A DNA stretch of 64,000 bases, taken from IMG/VR virus record IMGVR_UViG_3300032087_006189; one strand, given 5' to 3'. The DNA comes from a virus. The position numbers and the translations under genes are program-made. The notes under the pieces were generated by a model that saw only the letters and a list, made by a program, of their open reading frames with translations, made no database searches and was not told the DNA's origin. Of the stretch, positions 53,659 through 64,000 are shown piece after piece (the stretch's first letter is position 1; the number at the start of each line of letters is the position of its first letter).

Positions 53659-56600
53659 CTACCAACCGCCGTCAGACAGTCGGTCGGTGATCCATGAGAG
53701 CTTCGCCCCGCGGAACTTGACGACAGGAGTGGCAATTTCTGAGTCAGACCGGTCACAGAGCTCAAAGAGTTTTGAAAAGAGAGCCTGAGACCTAAACTCG
53801 TTTCGGAACTGCTGGTAGGACTCGCTTGCTCCCGATGGCGTAACTACCGTAGTGAAGGCAATTGGGCCATCAGCGGTAGTGTTGATGGTAGCGTCAAGCG
53901 CAGTCTTGACTGCCGCCATCCATCGGGGGGCCATGTAGAGCTCAGATCCCAGCTTACTGGCTGCACTGTAAAGCGCCCTGCCAATTGACCACCCATTAGA
54001 GTTGTCAATAGAGGACCAGATTCCGCCGTGCGGGATAGAACCGGGCCATGACCCTGTTTTGTCAATCTGCGACTGGTCTGACGTGAGAGAAAACGCCGTC
54101 CCGAACAAGACCACGGACCTATTATCGGATCTCTTGTTTCTTCTGCGAATCAGGTGGCCAGAAAACGATGTAGCAGAATGAACCATGCTGCCGTTCAATA
54201 CTGCCGCGTTACTCGCGCCGTCTGCCGCAGAGTCTGCCAAGGGACGTGCTGCGAGACGGAACTCCCCGTACTCCCCCACAGCAGTCGGCTTGATACCAGG
54301 AAAGGCCTCTGTCCAAGAGTAAGCCGCAGTGCGCTTTGCATCTTCGGTTTCTCCTGGAGCCCACCCAGGAATGAAACACTGAGATCCTTCTTTCCGCCTA
54401 CAGCCAATGTAGAACTCTACTGTCGCAAAATACGTGTAGCGTCTACGGTCGCAGAACCTCTTGTTTAGAGCCCCAGCGGTCATGTCAATCACGACAGGGA
54501 ACTGCTTCTCGACGTCCCCCGTCCCTACTGATTCAGAGGACAGGTCCAACTCCTGTTCGTGCAAGAGTTCAGAGAATCCGAGCAAAGAGGTCTCATCTGT
54601 AGCAGCCGTGCCCCGGCTGTACAGATGCTGGGGCTGATTTTCGTCTCCGGAGATGTTGTACCTCCAAAGTCGAACTGTGACGCCCTCCCGGGCACGCCAC
54701 GCGGAAAGATCCGACCAATCGGTAAACGCAGAGGTTTTTGTCGGAGAGCTTCTCCAGACCCCAAAAGTCCTGTACTGGGTGTAGCCAAGCGTCCCGCCGG
54801 GAACAGTCCTTCCGTCCGCAGGCACAAAGCCCAAGTTGATCTGGAGCTTGGACAGCATTGCGCCGTGGGGTGGGGACAGGGGAACCACGAAGCCGGTTTT
54901 TCCGGGCATTTGCCAGAAATCCGGATTTACACGGTCATCACCAGTTCGGTACGAACCAGTCGAGTCAAGAATATCGGATGGGTCAATGTGGTTTTTGGAA
55001 AACTCCCATTTTTCAGCATCTGAATCCGAGTCCTCTGGCTGATCGGCCCCATAGGACGTCAGGCCAAGAATGTCCTGATCGTCGCTCGTCATCTTTCTTC
55101 CAGCACCGAAGTAGCAATACTGGAAGTAGAAAAGCGGGTCGTAGTACGGGTGGTACGCGTTGATCGTCGCGGCGTTAGAGCCCACCTTGAAGAACGAAGA
55201 TCCTTCGTAGTAGGGGCGGTAATACCGCACTACGGTCAGTACGTGCGACACATACGCCTCAATTCCGCCCGTAGTGTTGGAAGTTACGATCTCTCCCGAA
55301 GAGTTCTCAGGCTTGGTGTTCTGCGGCCCTTCCCACAAAATCAAGGGAGTGGCGTAGCTCGGATACCGCCATCTGCGGATATTCGACGAGTAGGATCGAC
55401 CTCGAACATCGGCGCGGACATATGCCCCGTATCCGGTGTAGACCCTCAGTTCCCTACTCACCGCCGGGTAGGATGCATAGTGCGTCACGTAGTTATTATC
55501 ATCGGAATATGAAACAAGCCAGAATGCCCCATTACTCGTGTTCGTGACATTACCGAGCGAGTACTCAGTCAGCAGCGGGCCCTTATGGGCATCGCCATAG
55601 GGCGTAAAGGTGAGTGAAGTGGTTTGTTCGGAAGCTAGGCGATGCCCTGGATGAGTAACCTCGCCAGTTGGGGCCTTTTGTGGATCACTCAGCTCAAAGA
55701 TAGGGAGCACTCCCGTATCGGCGCCCTCTTGAACACCGGTAGAGTCGGTAGGCCCGTAAACAAACTGCTCTGTTGCCAGCACAGAATCATCGAACCACCG
55801 CTCTCCCAAAGTCAGGTTTGAGCTATTCGTATCGTTTTCCGCCAGCGGCAAGTCTTCGTTCTGCAGCTGCTTGACTTCCGCTGGACCTACGACTTGATGC
55901 CCCAAGATCGGAGTATGGGTGCGAAGGCCGGCGGCGCGAAGGACGCCCTGAAGCTTCAGATTGCCCTTGAACAAGCCCTCTTCAAGAGCCTGGACTCGGA
56001 AACTGCGGATGTAGTAGACGCCGTACTCTGTCAGCCCAAAGAAATGTGGACCGAGAGCACCTGATAGTGACGGATACGATCCCGGCGGGAGAGTCATGTC
56101 GAGACGAACAGCAAACGAGTTAGGATCTCGAGTGTCCGTGAAGCTCTGGTCTGGGTTCCATTGAAGGAAATCTACCGTGTACCGATTGAGCGTGGTCCCT
56201 CGTGATACGGTGACTCGGTGTGTGTTGCCAATGATCGTCTCAGTTGCTGGATCTCCCACATTGTCCACGAGGGCTACGGTAATATCCCGCTCATCTACAG
56301 ACCCGTAGTAAACCGCGTCAAACACGATTCTAAACGCCGTGTTGTTGGCGATCAGATCTGACAGGCCCTTGAAGTACAGCTGTACTCTGCCTGCCTCCGT
56401 GCTCAACTTGTAGACTACGATCTTAGTGCCGGAACCCTTGAAAATATCTCCGGGCAGACCCTCGTTTGGAGCAATCCTGGCTCTGGTAGTAGACCCAGAA
56501 ACAACCCGAGCAAACACCTCATGCTTGTGAGAGGTGTAATCCAAGAAGGTATCTTCTCCGCTGCTCAGGCCAGACTCGTATAGATCTCCTGAGACAAACG

Positions 56601-59600
56601 GCAGGTTTGAGGCCCCTGGAATTCGGGTACGAACCCCATCAAGGGCACTCTCAACAGCCTGCCAGACCGTATAGTCTCTGGCATCGAGGCTACCGAGACT
56701 TTCGCTCTCGAAGAAAAGCTGCCCAGCATGTCCCCCAAGAGATCTCTCGGAGAACAAGTCTCCAAAGAAGTTTCCGAGGGCACCTCGAGCAGACTGCCCG
56801 TGCTGCGCAGTGATCAGTGGGCGCAAGCTGCCGGCCCCAACCTCTTCTTCAATAGAGGATGAAACGGGCCCATATTGGGTTCCGTAGCCCATGCTCGCAC
56901 TGACAGACGAGGTCTGGGTGGTTGCCCCGGGCTCTGCATCGAAGGCAATGATGCCCGTGCCGATCTCTGAGTAGTCTGCAAGGTCTAGGTACGAGTAATG
57001 CCACCTACGACCATACGCGCGCAGAGAGTATGTGCTGTCCGGGGGAACAGAAGTTGAATCCTGCTTTTTGAGGGCAAAGACAATGTCCCCGGCAAGTTCC
57101 CGTACTGCTACAACGGTGCCCGCGTAGGTACCGCCATCAAGCTCGATACCAAGATGCACCAGCTCGCTCAGAGAGCGGCTTGAGATTCCCTCTGGGATGT
57201 CAGCTTGGGCGACCACCACGGTGTAGTCATAGGACAGATTGAATAGGCGCGTGGCGGTGGGAGATGCTGACGCAGCAGGAGCAGCTGTAGTCTGAACGCT
57301 CGAAACTTCCGCGACCAGGTAGGGGCTTCCAAGCCAAGCGGCACCATCTCCCCAGAATACCGGAGGAGGATTTGAGAGGTCGGTGTACCCCGGACGGAGT
57401 TCGTTGAAGGTGCCGGAACCTCCGGTGTAGATACCAGAGGATTCGTGCCTCGGAGAAAAGAGACTGCCCCGAAGGGTCATCCCTTCTCCCGCCCCTACAT
57501 GGGTGGCCTCCCACTCCTCCACTACGAGAGTGGCCGGATACAGGTCTTCAGACTGCAGCCCCGTAGAAAAAGTCTTCTTTCTCCAGAAAACTCCGGCGGG
57601 GTCATGGCCCTCTTGCTCTGACCGAACCCCTGCCGCTCCCCAGTTTCCTCCGATGCTCCGGTCGGACTCTGTAAATCTCAGATCGTGTGTAGAAGTATCA
57701 GAGATGACATGCACACCGCTCTGCCCACGCCCAGCAGAGGTAGAGGCAGACGGGGATCCAGTAACTCGGATCAATGCACCGTACGCGGGAGCATAAGAAG
57801 TCACCTGAATCGCCGGCCCAACACTGACATCGTGCATACTGGCAGTGGTGTTCAGGGCACTAAATCTCGAGTCATTTGCGGTAACCAAAAGGCCCGCGCC
57901 AAGACCCGACCATCCCGCACGGATTCCATACCCGTAGGGAGCTACGGGGGATCCCGGAACCAACGGTCCCATTTCCTGATGTACGCTGAGAGCCGCGCGA
58001 GCCTCTACCACTGTGCCGAAAATCGGAACGCCTACCCCTACGCGAAGCGTGTAGAAGGCAAAGGTCACCGCAGTAGGAGTAGTGACGCTAAGTGGTGAGC
58101 CGTCGAGTCCTCGCAAAGTACAAGTACTGGGGCCAAGCTGGTACAGCTCGTACATACCCGCGTACTCAGTGGATGTGACCTTTACGAAGGTCTTCCCACC
58201 ATGGATGTTTGCGGAGCGAAGAGATGTACTTGCGTGCGTGACCGGGTAGATTCCACGAAGATCATCTACATCAAGTAGCGCACCCCCTGCAGAGATAGCA
58301 GAAATCGCGCTTCCGCTAAGAGTGCCTTCCAGCTCAGCCAGGTTCGAGTTTGAACCAGTAGTGCTGATGTACGCAGCCTTCGTCACATGCTCGAAGTGCG
58401 CGAAGGACAGGTCGCTACCAGATGTCCCGTCGTTGACCTTTGTGTGATGGAACCCACCAGCGAGGGCAGACTCGGTCACCGAGCTGATTGCAGCTTGGAA
58501 GTCGGGGAGGAAGTCGTCGTACAGCGTCCATGCGGAAACACTCGATCCTGAATCGAGAAGATCGACGCTAATCTGGTGTGGAGGCGGAACCAGCTCGACT
58601 GTGCGCGCATCCAACAGTCGGTGGACACGCCAGTCCACATACTCATCGGTGCCGATGGTGAGGTCGATTGAGCGCCCTACATCTGCGAGGGTGAACTCAT
58701 CACCATCGCGAACTTGAAGCAGGTTTCCGGCCAAGATCTCGTCTGCAGAAGTGGAACCAGAGCGAACTGCCGAGCGGCTGTTTGTGGACTCCTGCATGTG
58801 CAGCGTGATGGGACGGCCATCTACTGTGGCGTGGAAGCCGCCACCCTTGTCGTTGCCCTGCCCCTGGTACACGCCATCGAAGTTGAGCTTTTGGTGCAGG
58901 TTCTTGAGAACCCAAGCATCCACTTCTTCTGCCGAGTTCACCGCAGGAACAAGCAGGAAGTCCCGGGGAACCTCGCCAAACTCATTCTTCATGCCGAGGA
59001 CGATCTTGATGCCGCCGGCAGGCATACGGGGCAGTCGGGGCTCAAAGCCGAGGTAGAGATTGTTCTCGAATACCCCGTTGGCTTTTACAATCAGAGAGCC
59101 GCCAGCATCGTTGTTCAGCAGGTGCAGATTGTTTTCATCAATCGGGCGAACAACAATCTCGGTCTCAGAGACCACCACATCAACGATGTAGTCGCCGTTG
59201 TGGTTGATTGGTGTCGAGTAGGACGAGCTGGAGATGGTGACGATGTCTCCGGGCTCTACGAGATTTGTCTCGAACGTAGCGGAGGAGCACTTGATCGTCG
59301 CCCCGTCGATGATCTCGGTGATCGTTACCGAGGTCTGCTTCGTCGCGTCTGTTGCAGGAGTCTGCGAAAGCACACTCCTGTACGTATCGAACACAGTGTC
59401 GTTACTGATTGGGAGGAGACTTGCGCCAGTGTTGTCGAATACAGACGACGCACCCGGGCCTGTAGGCGCGTACGCAACGGTTCCGACTCCCACGACCCGG
59501 CTACCGGGAACTGTGTCGTCCCAGTGCAGAATCTCATTCCAGTCGCTATCGAGGACTGCGAAGTACTTTGAGATGTCCGCAAGGCTGGCATCGTGCGGGA

Positions 59601-60360
59601 GATCGACGAAAATGTCTGTGGCCAAGATACCAGAAAGGCCATCCGAAACGCTGGCTCTAAGATCGATGCCCTTGATTTCCCCAGTGACTCCATCAATATC
59701 CAGTCGAGGGCTTCCCGCGGGGATATCAAGCACAACCGGGACCGCTACACCACGGACCATCTTCACCTGGTGGTTGTCCAAGTTCTTCGACAGGCTGTGA
59801 AGTGCGCGGTTGAAATTCTCGCTGGTCCGATCTTCTCCTCGCGCAACGAAGCTCGAGCTCGGGCGGTTGCCCTGCGTCATGGCGCGAGGTGAAGAGGATG
59901 CCAGGTCTCCGGCTGTGACCGTAGCGGCTGGATGCGGGTGGACCGCAAACCCCAACAAAGGGGCCAGATCGTTGAAACCGCTCGTCTCCGGAAGAACGCG
60001 AATTAGGGCCGGAGTAGTTCCTCCCACATATCCAGATTGCGTTGACCGAATCGCCAGTACGCCTTCTTCTGCCGTCGCCTCTACAGGCACGGGGCTAAAA
60101 GAGGATGCCCTCAAATTGATCGCATCTACAATCTCTTGCAGGGTCAGAGACCCCACACCGGAGAACTGGACATCGATCAGGTTCACCGATTCCGTGCTGA
60201 GGGCCAGTTCAAATGATGCGCTACCGCCGCCAATTACGGCGTTGACGGTATCAAATTCGCCATCAAGGTTGATGTGCTCAGTCCCGAAAATCACGGGCTG
60301 AGAAATGACGGCGTTGTCGGTCTGGCTCGCCAGGAAGGGCCGGCGGGTGTAGTCACTCAC
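53659..60360 (-). CDS. Very large tail fibre/baseplate-associated protein
   Basis: ~2230 aa, S/T/G-rich beta protein after the baseplate genes; probable GTG start at 60360. Confidence 0.65.
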   Translation of the reverse strand: MSDYTRRPFLASQTDNAVISQPVIFGTEHINLDGEFDTVNAVIGGGSASFELALSTESVNLIDVQFSGVGSLTLQEIVDAINLRASSFSPVPVEATAEEGVLAIRSTQSGYVGGTTPALIRVLPETSGFNDLAPLLGFAVHPHPAATVTAGDLASSSPRAMTQGNRPSSSFVARGEDRTSENFNRALHSLSKNLDNHQVKMVRGVAVPVVLDIPAGSPRLDIDGVTGEIKGIDLRASVSDGLSGILATDIFVDLPHDASLADISKYFAVLDSDWNEILHWDDTVPGSRVVGVGTVAYAPTGPGASSVFDNTGASLLPISNDTVFDTYRSVLSQTPATDATKQTSVTITEIIDGATIKCSSATFETNLVEPGDIVTISSSSYSTPINHNGDYIVDVVVSETEIVVRPIDENNLHLLNNDAGGSLIVKANGVFENNLYLGFEPRLPRMPAGGIKIVLGMKNEFGEVPRDFLLVPAVNSAEEVDAWVLKNLHQKLNFDGVYQGQGNDKGGGFHATVDGRPITLHMQESTNSRSAVRSGSTSADEILAGNLLQVRDGDEFTLADVGRSIDLTIGTDEYVDWRVHRLLDARTVELVPPPHQISVDLLDSGSSVSAWTLYDDFLPDFQAAISSVTESALAGGFHHTKVNDGTSGSDLSFAHFEHVTKAAYISTTGSNSNLAELEGTLSGSAISAISAGGALLDVDDLRGIYPVTHASTSLRSANIHGGKTFVKVTSTEYAGMYELYQLGPSTCTLRGLDGSPLSVTTPTAVTFAFYTLRVGVGVPIFGTVVEARAALSVHQEMGPLVPGSPVAPYGYGIRAGWSGLGAGLLVTANDSRFSALNTTASMHDVSVGPAIQVTSYAPAYGALIRVTGSPSASTSAGRGQSGVHVISDTSTHDLRFTESDRSIGGNWGAAGVRSEQEGHDPAGVFWRKKTFSTGLQSEDLYPATLVVEEWEATHVGAGEGMTLRGSLFSPRHESSGIYTGGSGTFNELRPGYTDLSNPPPVFWGDGAAWLGSPYLVAEVSSVQTTAAPAASASPTATRLFNLSYDYTVVVAQADIPEGISSRSLSELVHLGIELDGGTYAGTVVAVRELAGDIVFALKKQDSTSVPPDSTYSLRAYGRRWHYSYLDLADYSEIGTGIIAFDAEPGATTQTSSVSASMGYGTQYGPVSSSIEEEVGAGSLRPLITAQHGQSARGALGNFFGDLFSERSLGGHAGQLFFESESLGSLDARDYTVWQAVESALDGVRTRIPGASNLPFVSGDLYESGLSSGEDTFLDYTSHKHEVFARVVSGSTTRARIAPNEGLPGDIFKGSGTKIVVYKLSTEAGRVQLYFKGLSDLIANNTAFRIVFDAVYYGSVDERDITVALVDNVGDPATETIIGNTHRVTVSRGTTLNRYTVDFLQWNPDQSFTDTRDPNSFAVRLDMTLPPGSYPSLSGALGPHFFGLTEYGVYYIRSFRVQALEEGLFKGNLKLQGVLRAAGLRTHTPILGHQVVGPAEVKQLQNEDLPLAENDTNSSNLTLGERWFDDSVLATEQFVYGPTDSTGVQEGADTGVLPIFELSDPQKAPTGEVTHPGHRLASEQTTSLTFTPYGDAHKGPLLTEYSLGNVTNTSNGAFWLVSYSDDNNYVTHYASYPAVSRELRVYTGYGAYVRADVRGRSYSSNIRRWRYPSYATPLILWEGPQNTKPENSSGEIVTSNTTGGIEAYVSHVLTVVRYYRPYYEGSSFFKVGSNAATINAYHPYYDPLFYFQYCYFGAGRKMTSDDQDILGLTSYGADQPEDSDSDAEKWEFSKNHIDPSDILDSTGSYRTGDDRVNPDFWQMPGKTGFVVPLSPPHGAMLSKLQINLGFVPADGRTVPGGTLGYTQYRTFGVWRSSPTKTSAFTDWSDLSAWRAREGVTVRLWRYNISGDENQPQHLYSRGTAATDETSLLGFSELLHEQELDLSSESVGTGDVEKQFPVVIDMTAGALNKRFCDRRRYTYFATVEFYIGCRRKEGSQCFIPGWAPGETEDAKRTAAYSWTEAFPGIKPTAVGEYGEFRLAARPLADSAADGASNAAVLNGSMVHSATSFSGHLIRRRNKRSDNRSVVLFGTAFSLTSDQSQIDKTGSWPGSIPHGGIWSSIDNSNGWSIGRALYSAASKLGSELYMAPRWMAAVKTALDATINTTADGPIAFTTVVTPSGASESYQQFRNEFRSQALFSKLFELCDRSDSEIATPVVKFRGAKLSWITDRLSDGGW

Positions 60361-61007
60361 AGAAACCTCACTTCCCAAATCACGCGGAGAGTAAACGAAG
60401 GTGTCTTGGTCACGGGCTCAAAGGTCTTGTACGCCATTGGCGCACGATCTTTGGAGCCTGCCCAACCAGTCACAACAGTAGGATTTCCGCTGCTATCGAG
60501 CGTGCTCCAATCATCTGTCGGCTCACCGTCCGTAAAGAGCCCGGCCTCAGTCAAGATGACATTGGAGCCGATGCTCAACTCAGTCTGTCCGAACTCGCGA
60601 ACAAAGCGAACAGCAGTTCTGGATGAGGTCGAGCTCAGAACAGGGAAGGTAGCGGGCACCTTCAGCGGGGCGAGGAACTCGCCGGGAGCATATGGCAGGC
60701 CATCTACGAGGCTGGTGATGTTTGCAACCTCCGGCTGAGATCCGCCGCCCATGCCAACAAAGGCAATACGGTCATTGCGAAAGGCCCACTCATCGCCCGT
60801 TGCAGAAGCACGGAATGTCTTGAGGGAGATCAACTCGGCAAGATACTCACGGCCAGTCAGGGTCCAGATATTTGAGCCCTCGACATGCTGCCGGAGTCTG
60901 CCGTTCTCGTGCGTCTCGATGTTGACATATCCCTCGATGGCGGGCGCAGACTTGCAGTCTTCTACGACCTTACGGCCGAACCAGGGAATGAGCTTGGCGA
61001 TGTTCAT
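60357..61007 (-). CDS. Baseplate/tail-fibre attachment protein
   Basis: NIWTLTGREYLA..MGGG..LTEAGLF..AYKTFEPVTK..WEVRF, a pattern typical of myophage fibre-anchoring proteins. Confidence 0.6.
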   Translation of the reverse strand: MNIAKLIPWFGRKVVEDCKSAPAIEGYVNIETHENGRLRQHVEGSNIWTLTGREYLAELISLKTFRASATGDEWAFRNDRIAFVGMGGGSQPEVANITSLVDGLPYAPGEFLAPLKVPATFPVLSSTSSRTAVRFVREFGQTELSIGSNVILTEAGLFTDGEPTDDWSTLDSSGNPTVVTGWAGSKDRAPMAYKTFEPVTKTPSFTLRVIWEVRFL

Positions 61008-61192
61008 AGCGACAGCCTCCGGCTGATGTCTTCTGCTTCCTCTAAGCTGACGCCGAAGTTCTTCGCAATCAGTTTTGGATCCACAGGTCCGCCGTCAAAG
61101 GATTGTAGCCCACCTCTGCGGTGCTGGCTTTTTTGGCCGCCCTGAATGAGGAGGGTGTCCTGCACTTTGGGCGTATCTTTTTTGGAGATCAT
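61004..61192 (-). CDS. Small hypothetical protein
   Basis: ATGA overlaps on both sides. Confidence 0.5.
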   Translation of the reverse strand: MISKKDTPKVQDTLLIQGGQKSQHRRGGLQSFDGGPVDPKLIAKNFGVSLEEAEDISRRLSL

Positions 61193-64000
61193 ACCTCAAC
61201 CTTGCCCTTCGCAGGAGTCTCTCTGCGGAAGATCCTACCAGTAAAGAAGGCGGCGGGAGATACCGATGGATCTTCTGCCAGCTCGAATGTCGAGTTGACT
61301 GCGTCAATCGACAGAATCAAGATCTCCCACAGAGACCCGTCATATTCGAACTCAAAAAAGTCTCCGGGACGTACCCCGATGGTATCTGGGTTCTCCTGAG
61401 TGGTCGTTACGGTAGTTCCGCTGATGTAGAAGTCAGCATCCCTTGTGAAAGTCCCTCCGGTAAGTGTCTCAGCAGAGGGGAACGAGGACTCGATCGTCAC
61501 ATCGGCCCCGGAGACCCCAGAGATGATGTAGACGCCGTGTGAGAGGGACGTAGTCTCGGAGTCGGTGGCCGGATCTACGCTCTTACCGTCTACGGGGTTC
61601 GGGTACCCATCGCTATCAGGATCGGTCCATGTAGGATCGAGCACGAGCAAGTCTCCAACAGCGGCACTGGAGGCGCTGGAGAGGGTGGCCGTGTTCCCGC
61701 TCACGAAGACACTTCCACTTGCGTCTACAGCTGTGAGCGGGACATAAATATCCAGCTCCACAGTGTCGTAGCCCATCAGCCTCTCGAGGCGGGTGTCGGA
61801 GTCTTCCTCCGAGTCCTCGAAGACGAGCTTATGGATCTCGATATTTTCGATCGGATTTGGGCCAGGTATTGCGCGGTCAATGTAGACCTTATCCCCAACA
61901 ACGCCGACAATCTCATAGACATCATTGTTGTCTGTATCGTAGAGCCGATCGTCTCGCTCAATATCGTAGAGCAGGGCATCTGTAAGGGTCACGAACGATT
62001 CGCCGACAACGCTGCTTGCGGCGCTCGTTAGAATCGGGTTGTCGGCAAGTGCCCATCTCTCGATGCGGTAGGTGCCTGTGTCTGTGCTGGGCAGGGCCGT
62101 AGCAAGGGTCAGCTTGGTCTCTTGGTCTTCGAACAGCTCTGGCAGTCCAGTTCCCGCCCCACTTGCTGTGTCGTAGACTCCTACATCTTCGATTAGGTAC
62201 ACACCCTTGTTGGTGCCGCTGGTCACAATCAAGCGATCACCTGCAGCGGCCCCATCTGACTTAAACGAAGCCGCGGTATCTACGAGCACTACGCGTGAGT
62301 ACGTCACGGCCTCTACTGAGGTGAAGTCTTCAACGGCTGTTGATGTGCCGGAGCAAATGACCGGGCCGTCGTCCCGGAAGATTTGGAACTTGACGTCCGT
62401 GTCTGCCACGATTGAGCCAATCGGCATGGCCCTTGGTGTCTCCCCCGAAACCTGCACCACAGTCAGTTGAGTAGCAGAGTCGACCGAGCTCACTTCAAAC
62501 ACACTGCGGTTGTACCCTGTGAGTACAAACAGCTTGTCTCCTTCCTTGATGAGATCTTTGCCCAAGACCTCTACTTCGTCCGGGAACTTCTCGTTGATGC
62601 GCGGCAGCGTCGTCAATGTGCCCGTGAAGCCGCCTCTGGCCGATGTGACAACACCGGAACCAGCGGTCATCACGAGATCGTCCCCCTGAAAGAGGGTGCG
62701 CGTGGACCGGCTTCCGAAGTCTGCGCGGCGCAGTACCATGCCGCTGCCGTTGTAGTCGTCGAAAGCTGCGGTCGCTTCACGGCTAAACGCAGGGTCGTCC
62801 TTGAAGTACATGTCCATTTCAAGGTCGAAATCGACCTCTACCTGCACGGTATCGAGCAGTGATAGGACAGCGACAATGCTGGGCTTGGTGTAAATCGGTC
62901 GGATTTTTGAAAGAAAATCCGCCGCAAGCGGGATGTCACGAGAGTCTACTGCCCGGACATCAATCTCGGCTTGCCAGGTGTGGTACTTCTGAAGCTCGGT
63001 CGCACCCGGTACATCGGAGTACTCCCTCCACCAGTTTGGTCGAACCAAGCGATCCGTGATGATGACGGAGTTGGTCAGCGGAGTAAAGGGAGGGAGGAAG
63101 TCTCCTTCTGCAAAGGTAGACCCGGTCAGCGGGTTCGTGCCGAGGCCCTTGAACTTACTGAGGCTGTAGAGGTCTGAGCGCCGGTATCTGTAGACATTTA
63201 GAAGACCTGTACCCGTACCTTCGTTGTCCAGCTCCTCGACGATCACTCGCCCATAGGTCGCGCTAAACTCGGGTTCAATCGTGACAATCTCGCTGGGCTT
63301 TTCAGTGACTGGAAGATCCAGAACGATGTGCGATCCGATCTCTGAGCTACGAAGCGTAGGCCCCGATGCCCACGAGTACATCAGTCCGGCGATCGCGGAG
63401 CGGTAAGTGAGCTGGGTGGTGCCGAACTCGTCCAGCCGGGCCTTCGTCATCCCTACCAGTACACCAAAGTTGTCCTCAATGTACTTCGAGTTGTCCAGCA
63501 GCACCATTGGTGCCCACAGAGACGCAGGAGCAGGATCTGCCGCGGTAAACGAACGGTTCAGCTCGATGAACTGGCCTTGCCCGCGCCTGCGAATGACATA
63601 CTCGAGAGAGGTCTGGGATGCGACAGGGAGCTTTCCGTCTGCGACTCGACCGCTGATTCTCATCTCTGTTTCGGAGATCACAGCGGTAATCGCGAACTTG
63701 CCCTGGCTGAGACCCGTTGTGATCTCAAGCTCATCCCCTGGACGAACACCCCGAAAAATGAGAGAGGTGTCGTCTACCAGAACCCGCGAAGACCCGGATG
63801 TCGTAGAGAGGGCCGCTCCCGTCAACTCCGTCTGAGTCAGCGCGTAGTCGTTATTCTCCGACATCTGTACTGGAGCTCGGGAAATGGAGCGGGTTGTGGA
63901 GTCTGTGAAAGACTGCACATACCCCTCATCTGCTTCACTCACCTGCTCGGGCTTGATGTACTCGAAGAGCGCGGGGATCGAGAAAACCTCGTGTTCCATC
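61189..64000 (-). CDS. Baseplate wedge-like structural protein (5' end probably outside the window)
   Basis: NFGVLVG..Y...I.GL..GPT and FLSKIRPIYT; repeated GD beta modules. Confidence 0.6.
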   Translation of the reverse strand, partial: MEHEVFSIPALFEYIKPEQVSEADEGYVQSFTDSTTRSISRAPVQMSENNDYALTQTELTGAALSTTSGSSRVLVDDTSLIFRGVRPGDELEITTGLSQGKFAITAVISETEMRISGRVADGKLPVASQTSLEYVIRRRGQGQFIELNRSFTAADPAPASLWAPMVLLDNSKYIEDNFGVLVGMTKARLDEFGTTQLTYRSAIAGLMYSWASGPTLRSSEIGSHIVLDLPVTEKPSEIVTIEPEFSATYGRVIVEELDNEGTGTGLLNVYRYRRSDLYSLSKFKGLGTNPLTGSTFAEGDFLPPFTPLTNSVIITDRLVRPNWWREYSDVPGATELQKYHTWQAEIDVRAVDSRDIPLAADFLSKIRPIYTKPSIVAVLSLLDTVQVEVDFDLEMDMYFKDDPAFSREATAAFDDYNGSGMVLRRADFGSRSTRTLFQGDDLVMTAGSGVVTSARGGFTGTLTTLPRINEKFPDEVEVLGKDLIKEGDKLFVLTGYNRSVFEVSSVDSATQLTVVQVSGETPRAMPIGSIVADTDVKFQIFRDDGPVICSGTSTAVEDFTSVEAVTYSRVVLVDTAASFKSDGAAAGDRLIVTSGTNKGVYLIEDVGVYDTASGAGTGLPELFEDQETKLTLATALPSTDTGTYRIERWALADNPILTSAASSVVGESFVTLTDALLYDIERDDRLYDTDNNDVYEIVGVVGDKVYIDRAIPGPNPIENIEIHKLVFEDSEEDSDTRLERLMGYDTVELDIYVPLTAVDASGSVFVSGNTATLSSASSAAVGDLLVLDPTWTDPDSDGYPNPVDGKSVDPATDSETTSLSHGVYIISGVSGADVTIESSFPSAETLTGGTFTRDADFYISGTTVTTTQENPDTIGVRPGDFFEFEYDGSLWEILILSIDAVNSTFELAEDPSVSPAAFFTGRIFRRETPAKGKVEV

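Noticed and set aside
53659-56000. Diversity-generating retroelement target in the fibre C-terminus
   Set aside because: No reverse transcriptase or template/variable repeat pair seen in this window.
1-64000. Alternative genetic code, tRNA genes, introns or inteins
   Set aside because: Genes tile densely under the standard code with all three stops used; no cloverleaf or intein termini were recognised by eye (tRNAscan and an intein HMM would be decisive).

Overview
This window is a gene-dense 64-kb segment of a large tailed dsDNA phage. It appears to have a contractile tail and shows no integrase. All calls come from motifs read by eye; no database search was run. The minus strand carries the morphogenesis genes: tail sheath start, neck proteins, major capsid protein, scaffold-like proteins, putative prohead protease, GpA-type large terminase, baseplate spike, portal, and baseplate/tail-fibre proteins. 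A 2117-aa single-chain beta+beta' RNA polymerase sits among them. The plus strand carries a replication/recombination operon (SF2 helicase, family-4 UDG, DnaB, DnaG, PolA, HU, RecA, two resolvases, Cas4-like nuclease) and three small islands; a GTCATAA motif precedes a + strand gene in each of these four units. The best candidate for an undescribed system is a capsid cargo-loading and processing code. Most head-region proteins carry recurring K-x-A-[S/A] motifs, the inferred protease sites. Three unrelated proteins share a ~21-aa leader MDK[LI]AAYE..L...PLW..K.[AG]. The segments these motifs delimit include many glycine-zipper membrane peptides, a J-domain, a HiPIP-like 4-Cys domain and an ADP-ribosyltransferase-fold protein. 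The motifs are seen directly; their function is inference.
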